Positions 9,376 through 19,700 of a stretch of 64,000 nt of DNA are shown here, one piece after another. Location: positions 7,812 to 71,811 of the forward strand of contig CAJQLY010000002.1 in the NCBI GenBank assembly GCA_905479295.1, in the 5' to 3' direction. Below the pieces are notes generated by a model, which saw only the letters and a list, made by a program, of their open reading frames with translations, was not told where the DNA came from and made no database searches. This DNA is from an uncultured Gammaproteobacteria bacterium. Its GTDB lineage: Bacteria > Pseudomonadota > Gammaproteobacteria > UBA4575. Every line of letters starts with the position of its first letter. The stretch's first letter is position 1. A program made the translations under genes and the position numbers.

Positions 9376-9710
9376 TAAACCATATCTTTCAGGCCTTTTA
9401 AAGGAAGAATCTTAACGGCCTTACGAGCAGGTTTTGCTGCAAATACAGTCTCTTCGCCAGTGAAAGGGTTAATACCTTTACGTGCTTTAGTAGCAGGCTT
9501 TTTGACTGACTTAATTTTGCAGAGACCTAATACATTGAATAAGCCTGAACCACGTGGCTTAAGCTCTTTTGCAATCAGTTCTTCTAGCGATGTGAAAACT
9601 GCCGCAACTTGCTTACGAGTAAGCTCAGTATCGGTAGCGATTGCATTTAGGATTTCTGATTTTGTTGGTGCTTTTTTTACAGCCGGAGCTGCTTTCTTTT
9701 TAACGGCCAT
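9375..9710 (-). CDS. HU-family DNA-binding protein with Lys/Ala/Pro-rich N-terminal extension
   Basis: The HU beta-arm signature GINPFTGEE is present. The N-terminus reads MAVKKKAAPAVKKAPTK. Confidence 0.75.
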   Translation of the reverse strand: MAVKKKAAPAVKKAPTKSEILNAIATDTELTRKQVAAVFTSLEELIAKELKPRGSGLFNVLGLCKIKSVKKPATKARKGINPFTGEETVFAAKPARKAVKILPLKGLKDMV

Positions 9711-9909
9711 CTTTGATAGATCCTCTATGTGCGAGTGTGTCGATTGAGCGACTTATTTTGTTTTTTTCGCTGATTTTTTGAGTGCCTGATTAGAGACGCT
9801 CAAAACCAGACTTCCTTATTATAATTAAATTGTACACAAGCTACTCGTGAGTGCCAATGTTATTAGCAACTAAATTACACTATAAATAGGCCATAAAATG
9901 CATTTTTAC

Positions 9910-10458
9910 TCAAACAGAACGCAACATAATGATGGCGCAGTACAAAACAAAGATAACGGCCATTGCTGATAAGTCGATTACACCTGCTGGTGGAATATAG
10001 CGGCGTGCTAGCGATAACATAGGTTGTGTCAGGCTATCTAAGATCGATAGCATCGGATTACTCGTGCTATATGGGTTTACGAACCAACTCATTACAGCGC
10101 GAATCATGACTGAGTAGAGCAAAATAGTAATTAATTTGTCAGCGATGGCGACTATGGCAATAGGGATGATCTGAACGATATTAAATGGCACTTCACGTAG
10201 TGTCAGAATTAGATATAAGTGGAGCATAGAAAGCCCAAATATAACTAGCCAGGTAGCTGAATCGATACGACCGAGCGCAGGGGTGATTCTACGCATAGTG
10301 GTGACTATAGGGTCGGTAATTTTGACAACAAATTGTGCGATTGGATTGTAAAAATCTGCTTTTACCCAGGCCAAAAGGATACGGATTATTAACAATGCGA
10401 TATAGAGGCTTAATAAGCTATCGACGATGAAATAAGAAAGATTAGTAAGGGCTTGCAC
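9910..10458 (-). CDS. yggT: YggT family membrane protein
   Basis: Two YGGT-like repeats; lies downstream of proC and yggS. Confidence 0.8.
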   Translation of the reverse strand: MQALTNLSYFIVDSLLSLYIALLIIRILLAWVKADFYNPIAQFVVKITDPIVTTMRRITPALGRIDSATWLVIFGLSMLHLYLILTLREVPFNIVQIIPIAIVAIADKLITILLYSVMIRAVMSWFVNPYSTSNPMLSILDSLTQPMLSLARRYIPPAGVIDLSAMAVIFVLYCAIIMLRSV

Positions 10459-10483
10459 CGGCTAGGCTCCTGCTTTTTTGGGT

Positions 10484-11311
10484 TTATTCAAAAGATTGAC
10501 TAATTTCTTTACTACGTTTGGCTGCGGCTTGCAGTGCTTGCGTGATGAGGTCTGGTAAATCATTGGCACTGAGGCTGTGTAGCGCTGCTTCGGTGGTGCC
10601 TCCCTTAGAGGTCACATTACTACGTAATTGGGCAAAGCTTGTATCTGAGGCTAGTGCTAGTTTGGCTGCACCATGAATCATCTCTAGTGTCAGTAAAGTA
10701 CTTTGTTCAGCGCTTAAGCCTAGGGCTTGGCCACTTTCTTGTAAGCACTCCATGAAATAGAAGAGGTAAGCGGGTCCGCTGCCTGATAATGCTGTCACTG
10801 CATCCAATGCAGACTCATCATTCAGCCAGAGTGTTTTGCCGACACTACGCAATATGTTATCTGCTCTATCGCGATAGATGGCAGCTGTATTTTTGTCGGT
10901 ATAGAGGCCACTCATGCCATAGCCAATTGCTGCTGGTGTGTTTGGCATGGAACGTACAACAATCGCTGAAGCCCCTAGATTGTCTTGTAATGCTTGGTAA
11001 GGAATACCGGCAGCTACCGATATAAATAGGCTTTTAGCCGTATCCATCGAGGTGGCAATATCGCGGCAAAGTTGCAGCGTGTCTTTTGGTTTGAGTGCAA
11101 GAATGAAACTGGCCGGTGATGCCAAGGCTGCATTAAACGTCGATAGTGAACAGTCTGGGAAGTCTAAGGCTAAGCGGTCGGCCTCGGCAGGCTGACGATA
11201 GACTAAGTTTATCTGTTCGGCTGGAATATTATTATTTAACAGTCCACGCACTAGGCTGGCGCCCATATTACCTACACCAATTACGACAATTTTTCCATGT
11301 TCGTCTTGCAT
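10484..11311 (-). CDS. proC: pyrroline-5-carboxylate reductase
   Basis: VVIGVGNMGASLVRGL Rossmann motif and the P5CR C-terminal domain pattern. Confidence 0.85.
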   Translation of the reverse strand: MQDEHGKIVVIGVGNMGASLVRGLLNNNIPAEQINLVYRQPAEADRLALDFPDCSLSTFNAALASPASFILALKPKDTLQLCRDIATSMDTAKSLFISVAAGIPYQALQDNLGASAIVVRSMPNTPAAIGYGMSGLYTDKNTAAIYRDRADNILRSVGKTLWLNDESALDAVTALSGSGPAYLFYFMECLQESGQALGLSAEQSTLLTLEMIHGAAKLALASDTSFAQLRSNVTSKGGTTEAALHSLSANDLPDLITQALQAAAKRSKEISQSFE

Positions 11312-11332
11312 CTAATGCCTCTGCAGTGGTCT

Positions 11333-12034
11333 TTATTTCTTGATTGCTTGACGACGGCCAAAGATGGCAGTGCCGATTCTCACGATGCTAGAACCAGAGG
11401 CTATAGCGGCTTCAAAATCATTACTCATACCCATCGATAGGGTGTCTAGAGCAATGCCTGCAGTTAATAATTGCTGTTGCAGGTCTCTCATTCTACTAAA
11501 GCTGGCGCACTGTTGCTGAAAGTCTGTGCTTGGACTCGGAATGGCCATTAGCCCACGTAAACGTAAACCCGGTAGCGTACTAATATGCTGTGCTAGTGCG
11601 GAGACATCGTCAACGGCTACACCTGATTTTGTCTCTTCGTTATCGATGTTGATTTGAATACAGACATTCAGTGGGGCTAAGTTTGCAGGCCGTTGAGTAC
11701 TGAGGCGATCAGCAATAATTTCACGTTCTATGCTATGAACCCAATCAAAATGCTCAGCGATTACACGTGTTTTATTCTTTTGTATCGGGCCTATAAAGTG
11801 CCAAGTCAGTCCGAGGTCGATAAGTGCAATCACTTTATCTACACCTTCCTGCACATAATTTTCACCAAAGTCGCGCTGACCAAAGCTAGCTGCTAGTCGC
11901 ACCTCTTCAATACTTCGAGTCTTGCTGACAGCCATTAATGTCACGCTATTTTTTGCACGTGCATGTTTCTGACAGAGCTGATCAATCTGCTGCTGTATAG
12001 ACTGTACCGGGTGTTGTTCAGTTTGGCTGGGCAT
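11333..12034 (-). CDS. yggS: YggS-family pyridoxal phosphate homeostasis protein
   Basis: Alanine-racemase N-terminal-like fold protein, 233 aa, in the conserved position between pilT and proC. Confidence 0.85.
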   Translation of the reverse strand: MPSQTEQHPVQSIQQQIDQLCQKHARAKNSVTLMAVSKTRSIEEVRLAASFGQRDFGENYVQEGVDKVIALIDLGLTWHFIGPIQKNKTRVIAEHFDWVHSIEREIIADRLSTQRPANLAPLNVCIQINIDNEETKSGVAVDDVSALAQHISTLPGLRLRGLMAIPSPSTDFQQQCASFSRMRDLQQQLLTAGIALDTLSMGMSNDFEAAIASGSSIVRIGTAIFGRRQAIKK

Positions 12035-12193
12035 AGGAATGTTCGTTTAATCGCACGGTCGTGCGTGGTCACTGTCTAACTAGTATCGCTAGACTTTCAG
12101 TTATAGGCAATTGATTACTAATCGCTGCCTTATGTTGGTGTTAATTATTGTAACCCTAATTCTTGAAAGATGAACGATTCGAGAGTCTAAATC

Positions 12194-13177
12194 ATGCTGC
12201 AAGTCTATCTAGGTCTAGCTCGTGCACAGGGTGCTTCTGATCTTCACCTCAGTGCAGGCGATGCCCCACGCATACGTTGTAATGGCAAATTAAAGAGACT
12301 AGAGCAAGAGACAGCGGTTGTTACAGCGGAGCTCCTATTACAAGCCTTAGATGAGAGTCAGCGAGTCTGTTTAGATCAGGATAAACATTATGATTTCGCC
12401 TTGCAGCTAAGTGCTAGTGAGCGTTATCGCGCACATTATTTTTTCCAGCAGTCCGGGTTGAGTGCAGTCTTTCACGTGATCCCGGAAAATATTCCAACAC
12501 TGGATGAGCTCTTTGCTAGCAAAGGATTACGCTTGGCAGCAGAGGTCGATGCGGGCTTGGTGTTGCTGACAGGTGCAACTGGTAGTGGTAAGTCGACTAC
12601 GCTGGCATCCATCTTAGAGCATAAAAATCAGCGTCAACAAAGCCATATCATGACTTTGGAAGACCCCATTGAATTTAATTTTGAATCCAAGCAGAGCATC
12701 ATTAGCCAACGTCAATATAGGCAACATTATGACGACTTTAATCTGGCGCTACGTGGTGCTTTGCGTGCAGATCCTGACATCATTATGCTGGGTGAATTAC
12801 GTGATCTGGAGACCATTCGTCTAGCATTGATGGCCGCTGAAACCGGCCATTTGGTGCTAGCCAGTTTACATACGCGTAATGCCAGTCATTGTATTAGCCG
12901 TATCGTTGATGTGTTTCCTGCGACTGAAAAGGAATTAGTGCGTATGGCATTAGCCGACTCATTGCGTGCGGTGATTGCACAACAATTAGTACCAGCTCGT
13001 GCGGGCGGGCGTATCGCATTGTTTGAGAGCCTGTTGGTCAACTCAGCAGTGGCTAATTTAATTCGTGAAAATCAGCTTGTGCAATTGCTGTCATGTATGC
13101 AAACCGGTGCGCAGCAGGGGATGCAAAGCTTTCAGCAGGCACGAGAAGCCTTACTCGCTGAGGGCTTGCTAGATTAG
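12194..13177 (+). CDS. pilT: type IV pilus twitching motility ATPase PilT
   Basis: Walker A GATGSGKST; PilT motifs EDPIEF, DPDIIMLGELRD and AVANLIRE. Confidence 0.8.
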   Translation: MLQVYLGLARAQGASDLHLSAGDAPRIRCNGKLKRLEQETAVVTAELLLQALDESQRVCLDQDKHYDFALQLSASERYRAHYFFQQSGLSAVFHVIPENIPTLDELFASKGLRLAAEVDAGLVLLTGATGSGKSTTLASILEHKNQRQQSHIMTLEDPIEFNFESKQSIISQRQYRQHYDDFNLALRGALRADPDIIMLGELRDLETIRLALMAAETGHLVLASLHTRNASHCISRIVDVFPATEKELVRMALADSLRAVIAQQLVPARAGGRIALFESLLVNSAVANLIRENQLVQLLSCMQTGAQQGMQSFQQAREALLAEGLLD

Positions 13178-13204
13178 TTTGTGAGGTGTTGGCCGAGTAA
13201 CTGA

Positions 13205-14077
13205 TTAGGCCTGTGGATAGACTAGCTTAGCGTCAAAGATAGGGCCATCGACACAGACTCTGCGCATCGACTGCTGCCCATCTTCTGTGATCAAGACATT
13301 ACAGCCAGCACAGCCACCGACGGCACAGGCCATGTGTTCTTCTAAGGACAGCTGACACTTTAATTGATGGCGCTGGCAAAATTCAGCTACCGCTTGCAGC
13401 ATTGGTGTAGGGCCACAGGCAAATACTTCAATTTTATGATGCTCATTACTATCGATGCCTGCCAGCCACTGCTCAGCAAGCTCATGCACATAGCCATTAA
13501 AACAACCGGCATAGCCTTGCTTGCTGCTGAGGCGTGAAGGGACATTAATATCTTCTAATAGGCGCATGGCAGTATCGATATCATCAGGCATGCCGGCAAG
13601 TGATTGTTGAGAGCTTTGTAGATCAAATGGGAAGGGGATCTCAGAGCCCATCACGACCATGGCTGTTTTGTCCTGTGACTTCTTTAATTCTTCGGCAAAG
13701 AAAACGATCGGTGGGATACCCACACCACCACCTATCAATAGCGGTATGGCCTCTTCCGTACTAAGTTCGAAGCCATTACCAATAGGCCCCATTGCCTGTA
13801 AGCGATCACCTATACGCGCCTTTGCTAAGGCGGCACTACCGCTACCAACAACCTTGAATAGTATTTCGATCCAGCCTGCATCTGCGTCGGCGCGCATGAC
13901 TGAAAAAGGGCGTTTCAAGGCATAGGGGGTTTGATCGCACTGTAGATGAATGAAATTACCTGGAGCGACGCTAGTGGCGCATTCAGGTGCTTCCAGGCGA
14001 ATCACATATTGTTCGGCAGCTAAGCTTTCTAGATTAAGCACTAGCGCCTGTTCAACAAAAATACTGGGCTGATTCAT
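13205..14077 (-). CDS. PyrK-like FAD/NAD-binding oxidoreductase with C-terminal [2Fe-2S] Cys cluster (dihydroorotate dehydrogenase electron-transfer-subunit family)
   Basis: RPFSV flavin motif and CAVGGCAGCNV...CVDGP. The start codon overlaps the pyrC-prime stop by 1 nt. Confidence 0.7.
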   Translation of the reverse strand: MNQPSIFVEQALVLNLESLAAEQYVIRLEAPECATSVAPGNFIHLQCDQTPYALKRPFSVMRADADAGWIEILFKVVGSGSAALAKARIGDRLQAMGPIGNGFELSTEEAIPLLIGGGVGIPPIVFFAEELKKSQDKTAMVVMGSEIPFPFDLQSSQQSLAGMPDDIDTAMRLLEDINVPSRLSSKQGYAGCFNGYVHELAEQWLAGIDSNEHHKIEVFACGPTPMLQAVAEFCQRHQLKCQLSLEEHMACAVGGCAGCNVLITEDGQQSMRRVCVDGPIFDAKLVYPQA

Positions 14078-15354
14078 TATGACTCTGAATAAACGAGCTT
14101 GCCGGATACAAAGGTATGTTTCACCTTGCCCTTAAAGCGTTGTCCTAGGAAAGGTGAGTGTTTGCCACGACTGCGCATAGTGTTGGCCTGCAAAGTCCAT
14201 TCTTGTTTTGGATCAAACAAGCAGAGGTCGGCGCTAGATCCTGCCGTCAGTGAACCTGCATCGATATTTAACATCTGTGCCGGCTTATAAGTCACTAAGG
14301 CAATGGCCTGCTGCAGATTGAGGAGGCCTTGTTCTACTAAGCGTAAGGTTAGTGGTAACAGGGTCTCGAATGATGAGGCACCAATTTGAGTCGATGCAAA
14401 GGGGGCAAGTTTTGCGTCCGCACAATGTGGTTGATGGTCGGAACAAATTGCGCTGAATATTGGATTATTGATTGCCTGACGCAAGCCAGCTAAGTCATCA
14501 GCACTACGCAGGGGCGGTAGTAGATGAAAATTAGGGTCAAAGGCTGGAATGTCATCATCACATAAGAAGAGCTGATGGGCAGCGACATCGGCGCTGACAT
14601 TAAGCCCTTCACTGTGTGCCAATTCAAGCATGTGAACGGCGCGCTGTGTCGACAGGCGTGCAAAGTGCACCCGTGCACCAGTGTGTTCGATTAAAGCGAG
14701 GCAGACGCCAACTGCTGCAGTTTCCGCTGCGTTTGGAATACCGATTAAGCCCATACGGGTTGCGGCTAGACCTTCGTTGATACAGCCATTTGCCTGTAGT
14801 GCCGAATCCATTGCTTGGTAATGCAATGTTAGGCCTTGGCCAGAGGCGTATTCCATCGCCCGGCGTAAAACTAAGTTATTGGCTAGAGGGTGCATCACAT
14901 TACTGACGCCAACACAGCCTGCTTGTTTCAGCGCAGCCATCTCACTCAACATATCGCCTTTTAGGCCAGTCGTTAGGGCGGCAATAACGTAAACATGACA
15001 GTGGCTACTGCTGTGACAATGCTGTTGCACATATTCTAGTTGTGCTGCTGAGTCTATCACTGGCTTGCTATCTGGCATGCAGACGAGCGAGGTGATGCCA
15101 GCGCTGACAGCGGCATGAGTCTCAGAGCTGATTGATTTTTGTTGTGTCTGTCCTGAGTTACCTAGGCGAGCAGCAATATCGACTAGACCAGGGATGCAAT
15201 AGAGTCCACTAGCATCAATTGATTGCTCGGCTTGCCAACCTGATGGTGGTTCACCAATAGAGAGAATCTTAGTGTCGGCTAGGTAGATTGCATCGACGCG
15301 ATCGATGGCATTCAGTGGATCGCAGATGTGGGCGTTTAAGATTTCTATTTTCAT
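14077..15354 (-). CDS. dihydroorotase-like protein PyrC-prime (non-catalytic; HxH metal ligands replaced)
   Basis: Amidohydrolase fold with GLVDIAARLGNSG where active DHOases have D-x-H-x-H, as in Pseudomonas PyrC-prime. Follows pyrB. Confidence 0.8.
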   Translation of the reverse strand: MKIEILNAHICDPLNAIDRVDAIYLADTKILSIGEPPSGWQAEQSIDASGLYCIPGLVDIAARLGNSGQTQQKSISSETHAAVSAGITSLVCMPDSKPVIDSAAQLEYVQQHCHSSSHCHVYVIAALTTGLKGDMLSEMAALKQAGCVGVSNVMHPLANNLVLRRAMEYASGQGLTLHYQAMDSALQANGCINEGLAATRMGLIGIPNAAETAAVGVCLALIEHTGARVHFARLSTQRAVHMLELAHSEGLNVSADVAAHQLFLCDDDIPAFDPNFHLLPPLRSADDLAGLRQAINNPIFSAICSDHQPHCADAKLAPFASTQIGASSFETLLPLTLRLVEQGLLNLQQAIALVTYKPAQMLNIDAGSLTAGSSADLCLFDPKQEWTLQANTMRSRGKHSPFLGQRFKGKVKHTFVSGKLVYSES

Positions 15355-15357
15355 TGA

Positions 15358-16272
15358 TTATTGCCCCGCCAATATCGACATCACCGCCATACGTACGGCA
15401 ATTCCGTAAGACACTTGTTGCAGGATCACCGACTGTTCACCGTCGGCGACAGATGAACTAATTTCGACCCCACGATTGATTGGGCCAGGGTGCATGACAA
15501 TGGCATCTTTAGCTGCTAGTGCGACACGTTCTGAGGTCAGGCCAAAGAGTTGAAAGTATTCACGCTCACTGGGTAACAACGCACCCTGCATACGTTCTTT
15601 TTGTAGACGTAGGGTGATGATGACATCGGTACCGCTTAAAGCTGATTCAACACTATCATAGACATCGACACCTAGGCCTTCGAGCTGTGTAGGCATCAGT
15701 GTACGTGGTGCAACTACCCGGATCTCTTTAGCCCCTAGGGTACGTAGGGCATGAATCTGTGAACGAGCGACGCGAGAGTGCAAGAGATCGCCAACAATAG
15801 TGACTTTGAGTTGATCAAAAGCCCCTTTATGGCGACGAATAGTAAACATATCAAGCATCGCCTGAGTCGGGTGCGCATGGCGGCCATCACCGGCATTAAT
15901 GACGCTGATGCCGGGCGAGATGTGTTGACTGAGAAACTCGGCTGCCCCACTGTCTTGATGGCGTACAACAAACATGTCGACGTGCATCGCCTCTAAATTA
16001 CGCAGGGTATCTAGCAGACTCTCGCCTTTGACTGTGGCGGATGCTGCGATATTCATTGTTAGGATATCTGCTGATAGACGTTTTGCTGCAAGCTCGAAGG
16101 TCGATCGGGTACGCGTACTGGCTTCAAAGAATAGATTGACGATGGTCTTACCACGCAGCAGCGGGACTTTTTTGACCGAGCTTCCGTCGGCATTGATAAA
16201 CGACTCTGCGGTATCAAGAATAGCAGTCAACTGATCCAGAGTGAGTGATTCAGTTGTTAAGAAGTGCTGCAT
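15358..16272 (-). CDS. pyrB: aspartate carbamoyltransferase catalytic subunit
   Basis: STRTR and HPTQ motifs; 304 aa. Confidence 0.9.
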   Translation of the reverse strand: MQHFLTTESLTLDQLTAILDTAESFINADGSSVKKVPLLRGKTIVNLFFEASTRTRSTFELAAKRLSADILTMNIAASATVKGESLLDTLRNLEAMHVDMFVVRHQDSGAAEFLSQHISPGISVINAGDGRHAHPTQAMLDMFTIRRHKGAFDQLKVTIVGDLLHSRVARSQIHALRTLGAKEIRVVAPRTLMPTQLEGLGVDVYDSVESALSGTDVIITLRLQKERMQGALLPSEREYFQLFGLTSERVALAAKDAIVMHPGPINRGVEISSSVADGEQSVILQQVSYGIAVRMAVMSILAGQ

Positions 16273-16313
16273 CCGCGCTCGTTTTTTATGTATAAGTTAG
16301 TTAAATGATGAAC

Positions 16314-16820
16314 CTAATTAGGGTCCAGTTCGATCACTTGTAGGCCCAGTGGTTCGGGGCCGCTTAGTTTTACCTGCTGATGGGGTTGTAGGTCAAGTCT
16401 CATACCCACTGCATCGGCACGTATGGGCAGCTCACACCCACCACGATCGATCAAAACAACCAACATAACGCTGGCTGGGCGACCATAATCAAATAATTCA
16501 TTCAGTGCTGCACGCACGGTACGGCCGGTATGTAGTACGTCATCGACTAAGATGATGTCCTTACCGGAAATATCTAAAGGGAGTCGTGATGGTTTAACCT
16601 GAGGATTAAGTCCGATCTGACTAAAGTCATCACGATAGAAAGAAATATCCAAGACACCCAGTTCGGTGCTGATGTCGAGTTGGTGATGTAACTTCTCGGC
16701 AATCCAATGTCCACCGGTATGAATGCCGACTAGAATGGGGTCTGCAACTGCGCGCTGTTCGATTAAGGCGGCAGTTTTAGTGTGTAGGTCACCTAATAAC
16801 TGATCGAGCTTGAATTCCAT
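16314..16820 (-). CDS. pyrR: bifunctional pyr operon regulator / uracil phosphoribosyltransferase PyrR
   Basis: PRTase motif ILVDDVLHTGRTVRAAL; 168 aa. Confidence 0.85.
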   Translation of the reverse strand: MEFKLDQLLGDLHTKTAALIEQRAVADPILVGIHTGGHWIAEKLHHQLDISTELGVLDISFYRDDFSQIGLNPQVKPSRLPLDISGKDIILVDDVLHTGRTVRAALNELFDYGRPASVMLVVLIDRGGCELPIRADAVGMRLDLQPHQQVKLSGPEPLGLQVIELDPN

Positions 16821-16825
16821 CTAAA

Positions 16826-17251
16826 TTATCCTAGATTACTATTCATCCACGATTCCATTAGCAGGGCTGCTGCAAATGAATCGATCTCTTCTTTCTTAAT
16901 CTTACCTTTATTTCGGTCGCGGCGCTCTTTCAATAAATCATAGGCGGCGTGTGAACTTAGGGTTTCGTCATGTAGACAGACTTCTTTTTTGAATCTTTCT
17001 GCCAGTTGCCGACTGAATTTAGTTATTTTCTTACGTAAGGCCTGGTTGTTGTCTGAATCATCCGGAATACCAACGATTAATTTGCTGGGCTGCCACTCGT
17101 TAATCAGTTTTTCAATTTCAGCCCAGTTTGGGCCAGCATTGGAATGTAATGTGGTCAGAGGTTTAGCACTGGCTGTGATGGCAACACCAACGGCTACTCC
17201 AGTGCGTCGTTCACCAAAATCAAAGGCTAAGTAGAGGTTATTAGCTGACAA
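16826..17251 (-). CDS. ruvX: Holliday junction resolvase-like protein YqgF/RuvX
   Basis: LAFDFGERRTGVAVG N-terminal motif. Confidence 0.85.
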   Translation of the reverse strand: MSANNLYLAFDFGERRTGVAVGVAITASAKPLTTLHSNAGPNWAEIEKLINEWQPSKLIVGIPDDSDNNQALRKKITKFSRQLAERFKKEVCLHDETLSSHAAYDLLKERRDRNKGKIKKEEIDSFAAALLMESWMNSNLG

Positions 17252-17815
17252 TTAAGCGTGCCCTACAGTGGTAGATAATAGATTCATATCGACGCCTAGA
17301 TGGGAGCCGGCCGATAACCATTGTTTTTTAGCTGGAGTCGAAAATACGATGTCAGGGTTATAGGGAACGGTTAACCAGGCATTATCGGTAATCTCTGTCT
17401 CGAGTTGTTCAGGTCCCCAACCGGCATAACCTAAGCTGATCAGACAATGCTCAGGTATTTCGCCATGAGCGATGCTGCGTAAGATATCAGTCGAGTGGCT
17501 TAAGCGAATGCCATCAATGACGTCTATGCCGTCTTCTGGATAGAGTGCGCTGTCATGTAGGATAAAGCCTTGCTCATTGCGTACCGGGCCACCATTAAAA
17601 ATAGACATTGCCGGTAGTACTTTTTCATCATTGTCGATGTTCAATTGATTTAATAATTGGCTTAGCGAGATATCGTGGGGTCGGTTTAAGACGATACCAA
17701 AGGCACCCTGTTCTAGGGAATGCTCACAGATCAGGCAGATACTTTGTTTGAACATGGAATCTGTGAGCCCTGGCATGGCCAGTAATAATTGTCCCTGTAG
17801 TGATTCCTTAGTCAT
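17252..17815 (-). CDS. YqgE/AlgH family protein (UPF0301)
   Basis: 187 aa, family pattern, located immediately upstream of ruvX. Confidence 0.8.
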   Translation of the reverse strand: MTKESLQGQLLLAMPGLTDSMFKQSICLICEHSLEQGAFGIVLNRPHDISLSQLLNQLNIDNDEKVLPAMSIFNGGPVRNEQGFILHDSALYPEDGIDVIDGIRLSHSTDILRSIAHGEIPEHCLISLGYAGWGPEQLETEITDNAWLTVPYNPDIVFSTPAKKQWLSAGSHLGVDMNLLSTTVGHA

Positions 17816-18638
17816 ATTTTTCTTCTGTAGTGAAGGTTTGGTCGCTTTGGTAAACCCAGGTACGGGTAATCATTAGCTGATCATACTGGCTTTGCATGGC
17901 CTGAGGGAATGCCCTAAAAGGCTGACTATGTTCGACCACTTGATGGGCTGCTTGATCCAAGATGGGACTGCCCGAGCTACCGACGATCTTAGACGAAATT
18001 AGACGGCCATCGCTGGCAATTACAACGCTCATGATAAGTGTACCACTGAGGCCTTGTTGAATCGCGTGCAAGGGGTAATACAGATTGCCTTGTTGCTCAA
18101 TGCGTTCTACCCAAAGGCGCACATAGTCTGCCTCCAATGCTGATTTACTACTGACGCTATCAAAAAAATGTAGTTTTGGACGTTGCGCATAAACCAGTTT
18201 GGCGTGGTTTAACTCTGATATCAGGGTGTTGATGTCTTGCATCTGAGCCTGTTCGTCTATGTACTCAGTTTCTCTAACTACAGGCGGTTGCTCAGATCGT
18301 TCACTGCTGTTGGCTTGTAGTTGCAGTGTGTGGCTGTTTTTTTTACTTTCTGCTGTAGCAGGCTGCCCTTGTTCAGATTGGCTTAGCTGAATGTTGCCCT
18401 GTGCTACAGCATGCTGTTGTTGGTTATCGCTATGAGCAAGATATTCTGCGGCTTCATTGCGTTGTTGATCACTTATTGGATTGAGGACGATCTCTATCGT
18501 ACTGCTGTGTTTTGTCTGATCTTGTATGAATTGGAAACTGAAGCCTAAGATGACTAAGGCATGTAAGGCAATGGCGAGCAGCAAGGTGAAACTGATACGA
18601 TCACTGGGGCGTATTTTTTGGCCAGTCGGGGTCGTCAT
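17808..18638 (-). CDS. TonB-family energy transducer-like protein
   Basis: N-terminal TM, Gln/Pro-rich linker, C-terminal TonB-like domain (SGTLIMSVVIASDGRLISSKIVGSSGSPILDQAA). Confidence 0.55.
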   Translation of the reverse strand: MTTPTGQKIRPSDRISFTLLLAIALHALVILGFSFQFIQDQTKHSSTIEIVLNPISDQQRNEAAEYLAHSDNQQQHAVAQGNIQLSQSEQGQPATAESKKNSHTLQLQANSSERSEQPPVVRETEYIDEQAQMQDINTLISELNHAKLVYAQRPKLHFFDSVSSKSALEADYVRLWVERIEQQGNLYYPLHAIQQGLSGTLIMSVVIASDGRLISSKIVGSSGSPILDQAAHQVVEHSQPFRAFPQAMQSQYDQLMITRTWVYQSDQTFTTEEKYD

Positions 18639-18658
18639 GGCATTACATGCGCATCTAT

Positions 18659-19609
18659 TTAGGCTGAAAGTTTACGTGCAATAACATTGAATAATTCAGC
18701 GCTAATATTGAGATCGAATGCACGATCGAGTTCACGGATGCAGGTTGGGCTGGTGATGTTGATCTCAGTAAGATAATTACCAATTACATCAATGCCGGCA
18801 AATAAAATGCCATGTTGTCGTAAATGTGGTTTCAGCAGCTCGCAGATATGTCGATCTGATTCACTGAGCTCAATTCCTTTGGCATGACCGCCAGCGGCTA
18901 GGTTGCCACGAAAATCAGAGGTGGATGGAATGCGGGCCAGTGCATAGGGGATGGGCTCACCATTGATTAATAAAATACGTTTATCACCAGCGCTGATGTC
19001 AGGTATAAATTCCTGCGCCATGATGCTGCGGCGGCCATAATCGGTAATTTGTTCGAGGATTGTGTTTCGATTCGGATCGTCTTGCTCGATTCTAAAGATA
19101 GAGGCGCCACCCATGGCATCTAGGGGTTTGACGACGATGCTGCCTATCTCTTCTACAAAAGATTGTAAGCGCAGAATGTTTGAGCTGATTAATGTTTCGG
19201 CACAGATTCCTGGGAACTGACTGATGCTGAATTTTTCGTTTAAGTTGCGCAATGCATATGCGTTGTTAACGATCAAGCTGCCGGCTGTCTGAGCTAATTC
19301 TAAGGCATAGGTGAGATAGACATATTCCATGTCGAAGGGTGGGTCTTTGCGCATTAAGATGACATCAAAGCTCGCCAGTGCATGCTCTTCCCAGGTGCCT
19401 AATTTAAACCAACTATTGGTATCATCCTGCACCATCACAGGAGCAGCACTACAGTGACTTTCACCGTTACGAACATGTACTGAGCCTGTCGGAATATAGT
19501 ATGAGCTATAGGCTCTGTTTTGCGCCTCCAGCAGCATTGCAAAGCTACTGTCTTTTTGAACATTGATGGATTCAATCGGATCCATAATGATGCCAAGTTT
19601 GATTGTCAT
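18659..19609 (-). CDS. gshB: glutathione synthetase
   Basis: ATP-grasp protein, 316 aa, with GshB N-terminal MKLGIIMDPI-type motif. Confidence 0.85.
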   Translation of the reverse strand: MTIKLGIIMDPIESINVQKDSSFAMLLEAQNRAYSSYYIPTGSVHVRNGESHCSAAPVMVQDDTNSWFKLGTWEEHALASFDVILMRKDPPFDMEYVYLTYALELAQTAGSLIVNNAYALRNLNEKFSISQFPGICAETLISSNILRLQSFVEEIGSIVVKPLDAMGGASIFRIEQDDPNRNTILEQITDYGRRSIMAQEFIPDISAGDKRILLINGEPIPYALARIPSTSDFRGNLAAGGHAKGIELSESDRHICELLKPHLRQHGILFAGIDVIGNYLTEINITSPTCIRELDRAFDLNISAELFNVIARKLSA

Positions 19610-19700
19610 ACGGGGCCTTTTAAACGATGGATTAGCATCTCTCTATAGATGTTATACAGAGTACTCATTGGTGGTGACTGGATGCAAGTGCCGAGATGGT

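Noticed and set aside
12035-12193. Searched intergenic regions more than 150 bp long (9711-9909, 12035-12193, 23761-23950) for tRNA-like cloverleafs or IS terminal inverted repeats
   Set aside because: None seen. These look like ordinary divergent or convergent promoter and terminator regions.
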